A model generated the notes under the pieces. The model was not told the DNA's origin and ran no database searches. It saw only the letters and a list, made by a program, of their open reading frames with translations. Of a stretch of DNA of 64,000 bases, positions 19,894 to 28,426 are shown in pieces. This stretch comes from Alphaproteobacteria bacterium (GTDB lineage Bacteria > Pseudomonadota > Alphaproteobacteria > Bin95): contig CBDBGH010000003.1 of NCBI GenBank assembly GCA_965205265.1, forward strand, positions 5,056,001 through 5,120,000. Direction: 5' to 3'. Each line of letters starts with the position of its first letter. Position 1 is the first letter of the stretch. The position numbers were made by a program, and so were the translations under genes.

Positions 19894-20189
19894 CCCCGGG
19901 CCTTGAAGGCGTTGTCGAACCACTCGCCGAGGGAGCGGTCGCAGAAACCGGAGAACCGGGCGATTTCGAAGACGGCGCCGGTCGGGGGATCTTCCCGGTC
20001 GCCGTCCCGCCTTTTCCGGATGCCTGCGGCGGCAAGGATATCGTCCGGCACCGTGCCGTGACGGGCCGGAACCAGGAAAGCGGCGGGAGCGAAGGCCCAG
20101 GTGCCCCGATAGGCGGCGGACAGGCGCTCCTTCACCGCGTCGGCGGCCTGCGCCGACTTCTCCTCGAGGATGACGACGAACGGGATCAC
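19890..20189 (-). CDS. small hypothetical protein
   Basis: Coupled by 4-nt overlaps to the SIMPL gene and recJ. Confidence 0.6.
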   Translation of the reverse strand: MIPFVVILEEKSAQAADAVKERLSAAYRGTWAFAPAAFLVPARHGTVPDDILAAAGIRKRRDGDREDPPTGAVFEIARFSGFCDRSLGEWFDNAFKARG

Positions 20190-20992
20190 CGGGTGCCGCC
20201 CCCCGCGGTTTCGCCAGGCTCCGGAGGATGGTTCATTGCGTAGCTTGCCTGGACGGTAACGGTAAGAAGGACTCCCTCACCGGAATGGATGGCGATATCG
20301 GGGGCGACGGCAGCGCTCGGGGGCATACCGGATTCCGCACGGACCATCGCCTTTCCCATGGACATTCTGGCGGTGGGGGCGAGGGCGATGCTCATCGCAT
20401 CGCCCAGAACCATACCGGCGGCCTCTGCAAGGGCGTCGGCCCGCCTTGCGGCGTCCGCAAGGGCCCGGGTCTCGAGTTCCTTTTCCTTGCTGAAACGCTT
20501 CTCCGCATCCACCGTGAAGGTCAGGCTGCGGAATCCCGCCGCGCCTGCCGCGAGAACCTGGCGCAGGAAGCGGGGCGCGGCCTCGGCGTCGTCCGGATTG
20601 ATGGGCCGCGCCACCTCCATGGAGAGACGGGCGACATGGACAGGCATCCGCATCCGGTCGCCGGAGGTCGACCTGAGGTTTTCCTGCCTGACATGGAGAT
20701 GGAGGCCGTGCGTCCTGACTTCGCTGGCCAGGTCGACCCCGGAGCGCCCGAGAGCCTTCTTTACCTCCCCGAGCCGTTCGGCGAGCTGGTTGTAGGCACC
20801 CAGGGGGTTCTCCGTGCTGCGGCCCTCGACGTCGATGTCTATGCTGATGCGGTCGGGCGGGAGATAGGCGCTGGCCGCGCCGTAGGTTTCGATGGTGTGA
20901 TGTACCGGGGCGGTCGCGCCCGCGTCACCGCCGCCGGACAGGATGAAGGCCATGGCGCCGACGGCGAGCAACCAGTTTCGGAGAGCGGTCAT
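20186..20992 (-). CDS. SIMPL/DUF541 (YggE-like) exported protein
   Basis: Signal peptide; G.ASAYLPPD.I.I; ALADAARRADALAEAAGMVLG; terminal V.ASY. Confidence 0.8.
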   Translation of the reverse strand: MTALRNWLLAVGAMAFILSGGGDAGATAPVHHTIETYGAASAYLPPDRISIDIDVEGRSTENPLGAYNQLAERLGEVKKALGRSGVDLASEVRTHGLHLHVRQENLRSTSGDRMRMPVHVARLSMEVARPINPDDAEAAPRFLRQVLAAGAAGFRSLTFTVDAEKRFSKEKELETRALADAARRADALAEAAGMVLGDAMSIALAPTARMSMGKAMVRAESGMPPSAAVAPDIAIHSGEGVLLTVTVQASYAMNHPPEPGETAGGGTR

Positions 20993-21054
20993 CGGCGAGA
21001 GTCCCTTGCGTGTGGAATCGTGAGGGTCAGGCGGATTTCACGCCAAGGGTATGC

Positions 21055-21082
21055 AAACTGGATTGTCAATGCAATCGGATTA
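21055..21082. promoter_or_regulatory. operator copy 3 between divergent SIMPL and hipA genes
   Basis: AAACTGGATTG-tcaatg-CAATCGGATTA; TTGACA on the minus strand at 21064-21069. Confidence 0.55.
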
Positions 21083-21173
21083 TGTATTTTCGCTCGTCCT
21101 GTGCGTCGGGCCGGGTGACCGGCCGATCACTCGACCATTGCGGAATCTTCACATGAGGGGCCGTGGCGGACCC

Positions 21174-22439
21174 ATGAAGGAAGTCCGGGAGATCGAGGTT
21201 TGTGTCGGGCGGCAGGCCGTCCCGGCAGGAACACTCCATTTCGCGAATGACGGCAAACGCCAGCAGAGCGTGTTCCGGTATCGCATGTCGTGGCTGGAAC
21301 GCGCCGACAGCTTCGCCCTCGCCCCGGACCTTCCGCTGACGGACAGCCCTCATGCCCGGTCCGGGCGTGGAGCGGAGGTCCGGACGGCGCTGCCCGGCGC
21401 CCTTGCGGATGCGGCCCCCGACAGCTGGGGCCGGAGGCTCCGCCGCAAGGCTCTCGGGCGCTGGGCCAGCGAACTCGACCATCTCCTCCTGGCCAGCGAC
21501 GAAACCCGTCAGGGAGCCTTGCGGTTCCGGGATGAGCGGGGCGGCCTCTGTTCACGGCAACAGCGGGACATTCCGGAACCGGACGACCTCGCGCGCGTGC
21601 GGTGGCTGGTGGATCTGTGGGAGAACGACCCGGACGGCGTCGATGAGGCCTCGGTCCGGGAACTGGCCGACTGGATCGGGTCGCTTGGAGGCGCCAGGCC
21701 GAAGGCCGGTATCAGGGATTCCGGCGGGCTGTATCTCGCCAAATTCACCTCGGTATGCGACACGCGCCCGGTTGCCCGCCTTGAGGTGGCGACGCTGCAG
21801 CTCGCCGGGGCCGCCGGAATCGGGGTCCCCCCGGCCCGGCTTGCGATGGGCCGGACGGCGCGGCCGGTCGCGGTCATAACGCGCTTCGACCGCCGGGCGG
21901 AGGACCGGATCCCCTATCTCTCGGCTCGCTCCCTTCTGGGAATGGGACACGAGGGGGGCGGATGGCACACGGATATCCTCGACGCGATGCTGCGTCACGC
22001 TCCCGATCCGGCGCGGGAGATGGAGGAGCTTCACCGTCGCCTGATGTTCTCCATCCTGGTGTCCAATACGGACAACCACCTCCAGAATATCGGGTTCCTG
22101 TACGCTGGCCAGGGTCGGTGGCGTCTGGCGCCGGCCTTCGACATCAATCCGCAGCCGGACCGGGAGCGGCAACTGAAGACGGGAATTGCGGAGGAGTATG
22201 GCAGGGACGCCTCGATCGAGGCGGCGGTCGAGGCGGCTCCCTACTTCGATCTGGACGAGGACCGGGCTCTCGCCAGTCTGCGCGCCATGGTGTCCGTCAT
22301 CCGCGACCAGTGGGAAGCCCGTCTGCGGGGAACCGGCCTGACGGGTCGGGAGATTGCGGCCTGCAGGGCGGCGTTCGAACATGACGAGACCGTCAAGGCC
22401 GGGCGGATGACGGCTGCGCGGGTTGCGGCATCCCGGTAG
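21174..22439 (+). CDS. hipA: HipA-family Ser/Thr kinase toxin
   Basis: DAAPDSWGRRL, GSLGGARPKA, RFDR, NTDNHLQN, LAPAFDINP. Confidence 0.9.
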   Translation: MKEVREIEVCVGRQAVPAGTLHFANDGKRQQSVFRYRMSWLERADSFALAPDLPLTDSPHARSGRGAEVRTALPGALADAAPDSWGRRLRRKALGRWASELDHLLLASDETRQGALRFRDERGGLCSRQQRDIPEPDDLARVRWLVDLWENDPDGVDEASVRELADWIGSLGGARPKAGIRDSGGLYLAKFTSVCDTRPVARLEVATLQLAGAAGIGVPPARLAMGRTARPVAVITRFDRRAEDRIPYLSARSLLGMGHEGGGWHTDILDAMLRHAPDPAREMEELHRRLMFSILVSNTDNHLQNIGFLYAGQGRWRLAPAFDINPQPDRERQLKTGIAEEYGRDASIEAAVEAAPYFDLDEDRALASLRAMVSVIRDQWEARLRGTGLTGREIAACRAAFEHDETVKAGRMTAARVAASR

Positions 22440-22496
22440 CCCGGGGGCCGGTATCGGCCCGGCAGCCGAAATCCGGCATGGAAACGGTTTCGGCGT

Positions 22497-23222
22497 CTAT
22501 CCGGACTTCGTTCCCTGGGAACTCCAGTTCTCCGCCGGGATGCGCCGGTACAGCGTGGACCGGCTGATCCCGAGCTGTTTGCATACCTCGGCAACGGGCA
22601 CGCCCTCCCGAAGCAGTTTCAATGCCGCCCTGTCTTCCTTTGCCGTGACGGGCGAGCGCCGTTTGCGCGCCGATTCAGCGCCTGTCCCCGTGGCATCGTC
22701 GTGCTGTGCGGGATCCGGCGGCGGCGCGGCAGCGTCCGGCTCTTCGCCGACCATGGCCGCGACCAGCCGCCCGGCCATCGCCGTGTCCATGCGCGCCGTA
22801 TCGATGTCCTCGGCGAGAGAGCGCAGATGGCACCCGCTTCTGGCGAGGCTGTCGAGAACCGAGGCAAGGTCGGATGCCGACGACACGAGGTGATCGAGGC
22901 CCGGCACGACCAGGGCGGCCCCGGGCGGCAGGGAGGCAACAAACGGGGCCAGCTCGGGCCGGCTTCCGTCCGGCTGCACGGTTTCCGCCACGGTGCGGCT
23001 GCAGCTCTCCTGAAGGGCGGCAAGAGCGGCGCGGTGCCGATTCCGCGCTTCGGTCCCGGCACCCGCGGGGCCGGAGGAGTAGCCGAAGAGTTCAACGGCA
23101 ACTGCCGGGCCGGATGTCGAAGCGCCGCCGTCTGCGGCCGCGGGCTTCGCGATGGAAGCGACGCCCCGGCGCAGGGATTGCAGAATCCGGCCTGCCATGG
23201 TCTGGGTGCGAGCTGCGGGCAT
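22497..23222 (-). CDS. degenerate serine resolvase/invertase with C-terminal HTH
   Basis: RPEL...PG..LVV..LD.L, SLAEDIDT..GRLV, C-terminal GVPVAEVCKQLGISRSTLYR; catalytic GYARVS replaced by GYSSGP. Confidence 0.7.
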   Translation of the reverse strand: MPAARTQTMAGRILQSLRRGVASIAKPAAADGGASTSGPAVAVELFGYSSGPAGAGTEARNRHRAALAALQESCSRTVAETVQPDGSRPELAPFVASLPPGAALVVPGLDHLVSSASDLASVLDSLARSGCHLRSLAEDIDTARMDTAMAGRLVAAMVGEEPDAAAPPPDPAQHDDATGTGAESARKRRSPVTAKEDRAALKLLREGVPVAEVCKQLGISRSTLYRRIPAENWSSQGTKSG

Positions 23223-23351
23223 CTCCTTTCCCCTTCTCTACTGTTATCCTGCTGCGGTTGATTATAGGCTGAAATACCCGGAGCCGTGGCTTGGGATTTT
23301 CTGGCGCCCCGGATAGGGTCCGGATCCGGACGTGCAGCGGAGGAAGGGCAG

Positions 23352-23726
23352 ATGGACCGCGAATATCCCGATGACAGGGACATCCTGTTTCACCTGAAGC
23401 GCCGTCTTCGGGAAAAGCTGGACGGAGACAGGGACCATCTTCTCAGGATCGCCGGGGTCGAGTGCTCCGTCGATGCGCTCGGTGCCCATGTCGGCGCCGT
23501 GGTCCCGGACGACTATCGCCGGCTGGGCCTGATCCTGGCGGAAACGCCGGATCTGGGGTTTCCTGACGAGGTCTATCTGGGTGACGACAGCGTTTTCGCC
23601 ATCATCCGGAGGAGCATCGGGACAGAGCTGATGAAAGAGGCCGAGGCCTGGTTGGAGGCGGCACAGGAAGAAGCGGAGGCGGGACGGGAACGGGACGGGC
23701 TTCCCGAGCCGGCGCCGACGGCGTAG
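23352..23726 (+). CDS. hypothetical protein, paralog of 23777-24136
   Basis: Shared RDILFHL.R.LR and VP.D.RRLGLILAETP.LGFPDE; LPEPAP tail. Confidence 0.75.
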   Translation: MDREYPDDRDILFHLKRRLREKLDGDRDHLLRIAGVECSVDALGAHVGAVVPDDYRRLGLILAETPDLGFPDEVYLGDDSVFAIIRRSIGTELMKEAEAWLEAAQEEAEAGRERDGLPEPAPTA

Positions 23727-23776
23727 CGGGCGCCGTCGTCCGCCTGCATGGGACATGAAACCATAGGATTCCAGGA

Positions 23777-24136
23777 ATGCCGGCTAGAGAACCCGAGAGG
23801 GATATCCTGTTTCATCTTGAGCGCGAATTGCGCGCCGACATGGAGAATTACAGGGGCGAATTGGTCGCCTCCGGTTCGTCCGACGAAGAAGAGGCCGAAC
23901 TGCACGCTCTCGTCGAGGCCCTGGTTCCCGAGGACCACCGGCGCCTGGGCCTGATCCTGGCGGAAACGCCGACGCTGGGATTCCCGGACGAGGGCGTGAT
24001 CGAGGACGACAATGTCTTCCCGGTAATCCAGAAGTCCATCTACCGCCACCTCATGTCGAAGGCCGATGTCATTCTCCAGCAACTCCGGGAAGAGTCCCGC
24101 CATGACCTGCCGGAACCGGCTCCGGGGGGTTGCTGA
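23777..24136 (+). CDS. hypothetical protein, paralog of 23352-23726
   Basis: Same motifs as above. Confidence 0.75.
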   Translation: MPAREPERDILFHLERELRADMENYRGELVASGSSDEEEAELHALVEALVPEDHRRLGLILAETPTLGFPDEGVIEDDNVFPVIQKSIYRHLMSKADVILQQLREESRHDLPEPAPGGC

Positions 24137-24369
24137 AGGGATCCACAAGGAAAGGGTGGGGTCGATGAAGGAAACGCAGGGCCGGGACGGATCGAACGGC
24201 CGGCGCCGGGAGCCGGCGAGCGCGGGCGGGGCGTTTCGCGATGCCGGCCTGGAGAGATTCCTTTCGGAATCAAACGCGGCAGACGCCGGCCTGTTGCTGG
24301 TCGAAGAGCGCCGATCCGTGTCCTGATCCACTGTCAGGCGCCGTCCGGCATTCGTGTGCCGGGTTGAAG

Positions 24370-24470
24370 GAAGATGCTGGAGGCCGGCATCGCCTTCGAC
24401 ATGAAGTCGGGCAGCGTCGCCTCGATCCTGGAGGCGCTGGGCCCGCGACGCCCGGCCCGTATTCGAGGAC
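24370..24470 (+). pseudogene. possible hipB/XRE-HTH remnant
   Basis: Reads MLEAGIAFDMKSGSVASILEALG, resembling the C-terminal half of an XRE HTH, directly upstream of hipA; no intact N-terminal helices. Confidence 0.4.
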
Positions 24471-24489
24471 ATCAGGAAGGAATCCCAGG

Positions 24490-25893
24490 ATGACGCTCCG
24501 GGTCTGGGTCAATGATCGCCCTGTAGGCCGCCTCGACAGACATGGCAGGGGGACGACCTTCGTCTATGACAGGGATGTCGATCCGGCAGACGCCGTGAGC
24601 CTGACGATGCCCGTCAGGATCGCCTCCTATGACAGCGCCTGGGGCCTCCTTCCGGTTTTCGACACGAACCTGCCGGAAGGGATCCTGCGGCACAGGATCG
24701 AGACGTCCCTCGCGAAGGCCCATGGGCGCGTGGAACCGATCGACATCCTCCGCCTGACCGGGCGGAACCAGATCGGGCGCATCAGGGTCCTGCCGAAAGA
24801 TGAAGCCCCGGTGCGCCAGACTTCCGTCGGCAGCATCGACGAACTTCTCGAACGAAAGGCCACCCAGGCCCTGGTGGACCGGATGATGGACCGTTACGCA
24901 GCGCATTCCGGCGTGTCCGGGGCGATGCCGAAGGTCCTCGTCGAGACCGGTCCGGGCGCCGGGGCAGGGGACCGGGACGGCCGGGAGCCGCGGCATACGA
25001 TCCAGGCCCGGGCCTACATCCTCAAGTTCGACACGGAGGAACTCCCGGGCCTGTCCCTGAACGAGTTCTTCTGTCTTGAGGCGGCCCGGGAGGCCGGAAA
25101 CGACACGGCCCGGGCCCGGCTCAATGCCGACGGGCGCATGCTGGCCGTGCGCCGTTTCGACGGTGCCGACCCCGGATCGGGAACCGGGGCAGACTGGCGC
25201 CTCGGCTTCGAGGACCTCGCATCGCTCAACGCCAGGACGGCGCGGGACAAGTATTCCGGCAGCATGGAACGCGACCTCTTCAGGCGCGTCGGGGAGTTTT
25301 CCGGAGACCGCAGGAGGGAGAACCTGGAGGCCCTCTTCAGGCTCTGCGTTACCAATATCGCCATCCGGAACGGGGACGCGCACCTCAAGAACTTCGCCCT
25401 GCTGTTCGAGGATGCCGACAGGGGCCCGTTCACACTGGCCCCAGCCTATGACCTTGTGACCACCACGGCCTGGATCAAGGCGGACATGATGGCTCTGACC
25501 TTGGGGGGCTCGAAACGCTGGCCAAAGCCCTCCGCCGTCCGGCAGATGGGCGCCAGGGCCGGTCTGTCCCCGAAGGCAACCCGGGACATCGTCGCGGAGG
25601 TCGGGGCCGGCCTGCGCGCCGTCATGCCGGCCATGCTCGAGGCGTTCGAGGCGCATGGGGAGGGCGCGACCGGACGCAGGGTCGCGGCCTCCTGGAACGA
25701 AGGGCTCACAACGTCCCTCGGCGAGGAGCCGGGAATCGCGGCCACGAAACAGACCCGGGGCGGGCTTTCGCGGGGACAGGCAGGGGAACCGCCCGCTGAC
25801 GCGGTTGCCGCCTATCCTCCCGCAGTGGCAGGGAGCCGGTTCCTCCCGGAGCCGTCCCCGCCGGGTGACCCGACGGACCCGTTCAGTACATGA
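24490..25893 (+). CDS. hipA: HipA-family kinase toxin with N-terminal coupling domain
   Basis: VSLTMP..FDTNLPEG, SGVSGAMPK, RRFD, EDLASL, NGDAHLKNF, LAPAYD. Confidence 0.92.
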   Translation: MTLRVWVNDRPVGRLDRHGRGTTFVYDRDVDPADAVSLTMPVRIASYDSAWGLLPVFDTNLPEGILRHRIETSLAKAHGRVEPIDILRLTGRNQIGRIRVLPKDEAPVRQTSVGSIDELLERKATQALVDRMMDRYAAHSGVSGAMPKVLVETGPGAGAGDRDGREPRHTIQARAYILKFDTEELPGLSLNEFFCLEAAREAGNDTARARLNADGRMLAVRRFDGADPGSGTGADWRLGFEDLASLNARTARDKYSGSMERDLFRRVGEFSGDRRRENLEALFRLCVTNIAIRNGDAHLKNFALLFEDADRGPFTLAPAYDLVTTTAWIKADMMALTLGGSKRWPKPSAVRQMGARAGLSPKATRDIVAEVGAGLRAVMPAMLEAFEAHGEGATGRRVAASWNEGLTTSLGEEPGIAATKQTRGGLSRGQAGEPPADAVAAYPPAVAGSRFLPEPSPPGDPTDPFST

Positions 25894-26042
25894 TGTTTCC
25901 CGCAGACTTTGTGGCGGCCGTCCGTCGTTGAAAGAGCGGGGCCCCGGCGCGGGAATCCCCATAAATCGTCCCGGCAAGACAGTGGCGCCGGCAAATTTGA
26001 CTCTATGGTGCATCGATGGAGTCGATAGCCCGGAGGCACGGG

Positions 26043-27893
26043 ATGTCCACGCATGATTTCGGATCCGGTCCCGTAGCAGCCCATCGTCACCCGAATGGCG
26101 GCGGCTGGGTGGCCGAGACGGCATGGGTGGCCGACACGGTCTGGGTCGCGCCGGAGGCCACCGTGGCGGAATTCGCCCGGATATGGGACGAGGTAAGGTT
26201 GCTCGGGCGCGCCCGTGTATCCGGGCAGGCATGCCTGATGCAGCATGTCGTCGTATCGGGCGACGCTGCGGTGCGCGGCTCGGCGCGGGCGTTCGGGCAT
26301 GCCAGGATTGGCGGGCATGCCATCGTCGAAGGCCGGGCCACCCTGCTGGGCGGGGTAGTATTGGGAGGACACGCGCTCCTTTTCGGCTTTGCGGTAGCCT
26401 CGGGGCGTGCCGTTATGCAGGAGTGGTCACGGGTCGGCGGGGGCGCGGTCCTGGGCGGTCATGTGCATGTCCGCGGAGAGGCTCTGCTCGCCGGAATGTG
26501 TCAGGCCAGGGAGCACGCCGTGCTGGCAGGCCAGGTAAGGGCCATAGGCTCTTGCTATATCGGCGGCCACGCCGTGCTGGACGGAGTCGTGCGCATGGAT
26601 GGCAGTCCGGTTATCTGCGGCCATGTCGTGGTTTTCGGGTCGGGAGACGGCGTGCGGATCACCGGCCGGAGTCGACTTCAAGGGGCCCCCCGTATCAGCG
26701 GCAGCCCGCGGTTCATGGATGGGTGTTTCGTTTCGGGACATCCGGTGATCCGCGACAGGGTGGTCCTGCGCGACAAGGCGCGTGTCACCGGCGCGGCGCG
26801 GCTTGGCGACGATGTGCAGGTCACGGGCAACGGGGCCGTGGACGGGTCCGCGGAACTGCGCGGCGACCTGGTCGTGGATGGCGCCACGCGGCTCGGTGAC
26901 GACCTTGATGACCTCTTGCCCCCGCTGGACGCCGACGAGGGTCCGGGTCCCGCTGCAGCCGCAATGGAGCGGCAGGAAGTCACCGCGGGGTCGGCCGATG
27001 ACGAGAGGCGGCGGGCGGAATTCGACGAGATGCTGGAGGCGGCGGATTTCGGCTTGCCGGAAGAGGATGGACAGGACGGGGACCGGGGCGCGGCGCCACC
27101 GCGCGACGATGCGGAGCATGATGAGGAATGGGAGAGGTACAGACAGCGGCGGCTATGCCGGGTGTCGTCTCTCGAGACCGGGGGGCTGCGCGGGGATGCC
27201 GTGGATGGCGGACTGATTCTGAGCGCCGTTCCGCCGGCCCTGCGCCGGCCGAAGGAGCCGGAGCGGGCCGCGCCGGCCCGCCTGGAAGGGCCGGTCCCTT
27301 CCGAAGAGGCGCCGACGCAAGCGCCGTGGTGGCTTTCCGGCGCGGCGCCGACAATCGACGATATCCTCGAGCCTCTGGAGGCCTTGGCAAAAGAATTCGA
27401 GGATATCTCCGAACGCCCGGACGCCGCGGGACATGAGGAACCGGCTCCGGTGGAATTGATCTGCGTCAGCAGGGTTTCCCGGGAACACGGCCGGACCGGG
27501 TGGGCTACCCTGGCGGTCGGCCCCACGGAGGACGGCGGGGTAAGGGGCGGCTGGAATTCGGGGGACGCGCGGCGCCGCGCCGAGCTGATGTCGGTTATTG
27601 CGGGACTCGAGGCGCTGGAGGGCGCGGCGGATATCCGTGTGCGTTGTCCCAGTCACTATCTGCTGGACGGGGTCACCAATTGGGCGCGCGAGGCCCGCAC
27701 GAGGAACTGGCGCGGGAAACGCGGAACCAGGATTGCGCATGATGACCTGTGGCGCAGGCTCTTCGCCCTTACGGACGGGCGAAGCATAAAGTGGCTGTCC
27801 CGTCCGGACAGCGACAGCGCGGGGTGGACGGCCGTCCTGGCGGAAGCCGAACGGCAGGTCGCCGAAGCGCCCCGGGAAGATCGCACCTGGTGA
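26043..27893 (+). CDS. left-handed beta-helix (hexapeptide) protein fused through an acidic linker to a degenerate RNase H-like domain
   Basis: HRHPNGGGWVAETAWVAD then V.G.A hexapeptides; C-terminal RAELMSVIAGLEAL...SHYLLDGVTNW...DLWRRL...W. Confidence 0.75.
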   Translation: MSTHDFGSGPVAAHRHPNGGGWVAETAWVADTVWVAPEATVAEFARIWDEVRLLGRARVSGQACLMQHVVVSGDAAVRGSARAFGHARIGGHAIVEGRATLLGGVVLGGHALLFGFAVASGRAVMQEWSRVGGGAVLGGHVHVRGEALLAGMCQAREHAVLAGQVRAIGSCYIGGHAVLDGVVRMDGSPVICGHVVVFGSGDGVRITGRSRLQGAPRISGSPRFMDGCFVSGHPVIRDRVVLRDKARVTGAARLGDDVQVTGNGAVDGSAELRGDLVVDGATRLGDDLDDLLPPLDADEGPGPAAAAMERQEVTAGSADDERRRAEFDEMLEAADFGLPEEDGQDGDRGAAPPRDDAEHDEEWERYRQRRLCRVSSLETGGLRGDAVDGGLILSAVPPALRRPKEPERAAPARLEGPVPSEEAPTQAPWWLSGAAPTIDDILEPLEALAKEFEDISERPDAAGHEEPAPVELICVSRVSREHGRTGWATLAVGPTEDGGVRGGWNSGDARRRAELMSVIAGLEALEGAADIRVRCPSHYLLDGVTNWAREARTRNWRGKRGTRIAHDDLWRRLFALTDGRSIKWLSRPDSDSAGWTAVLAEAERQVAEAPREDRTW

Positions 27894-27909
27894 CCGGACC
27901 CCGGCGCTG

Positions 27910-28395
27910 TCATGGTCCGGTCCAGAGGCCGAGATCGTGCAGTTCGCGACGCAGGGACTCCGGAAGCCCGCCATCGTGGTGAACGCCGCCGGCGAGGTCC
28001 GGGGGAGCATCCCTGCCCTCGAGATAGCGCCAGCCGCGGAGGAAGCGCACCGGCCGCGGCTCGACCGCGACATGATGGGGCGAGCACATAATGGCGAAGT
28101 GATTTTCGAAGAACGGATCGTACCGGGTGGTGAATTCGCGCACCGGCTCCACCCCGACAAACGGCATCCGGAACATCGTATGGTTCCGATAGACGAAATA
28201 GACCGACCCGCCTTTCAGTTCATCGACCCTCCTGGGGCGCTGGCGCGCCCATGATCCGTAGAGGGTCCCCTGCCGTTGCCAGAGACGACAGCGGCGCAGC
28301 CAGACCTCCAGTGTCGTTCGCTCCCCGTCGAGGAACATCGGCAGCCGCTGCAGCAGGTGCAGTCGGCTGCTCATGCCGGAGAGGACCGGGTCCAT
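27910..28395 (-). CDS. DUF1489-like protein
   Basis: RPRRVDELKGGSVYFV...VEPRPVRFLRGWRYLEGRDAPPDL...LPESLRRELHDLGL; start 28395 or 28374. Confidence 0.75.
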   Translation of the reverse strand: MDPVLSGMSSRLHLLQRLPMFLDGERTTLEVWLRRCRLWQRQGTLYGSWARQRPRRVDELKGGSVYFVYRNHTMFRMPFVGVEPVREFTTRYDPFFENHFAIMCSPHHVAVEPRPVRFLRGWRYLEGRDAPPDLAGGVHHDGGLPESLRRELHDLGLWTGP

Positions 28396-28426
28396 TGCGC
28401 GGGCTGGGGAGTGTCCGGCAGGCCGG

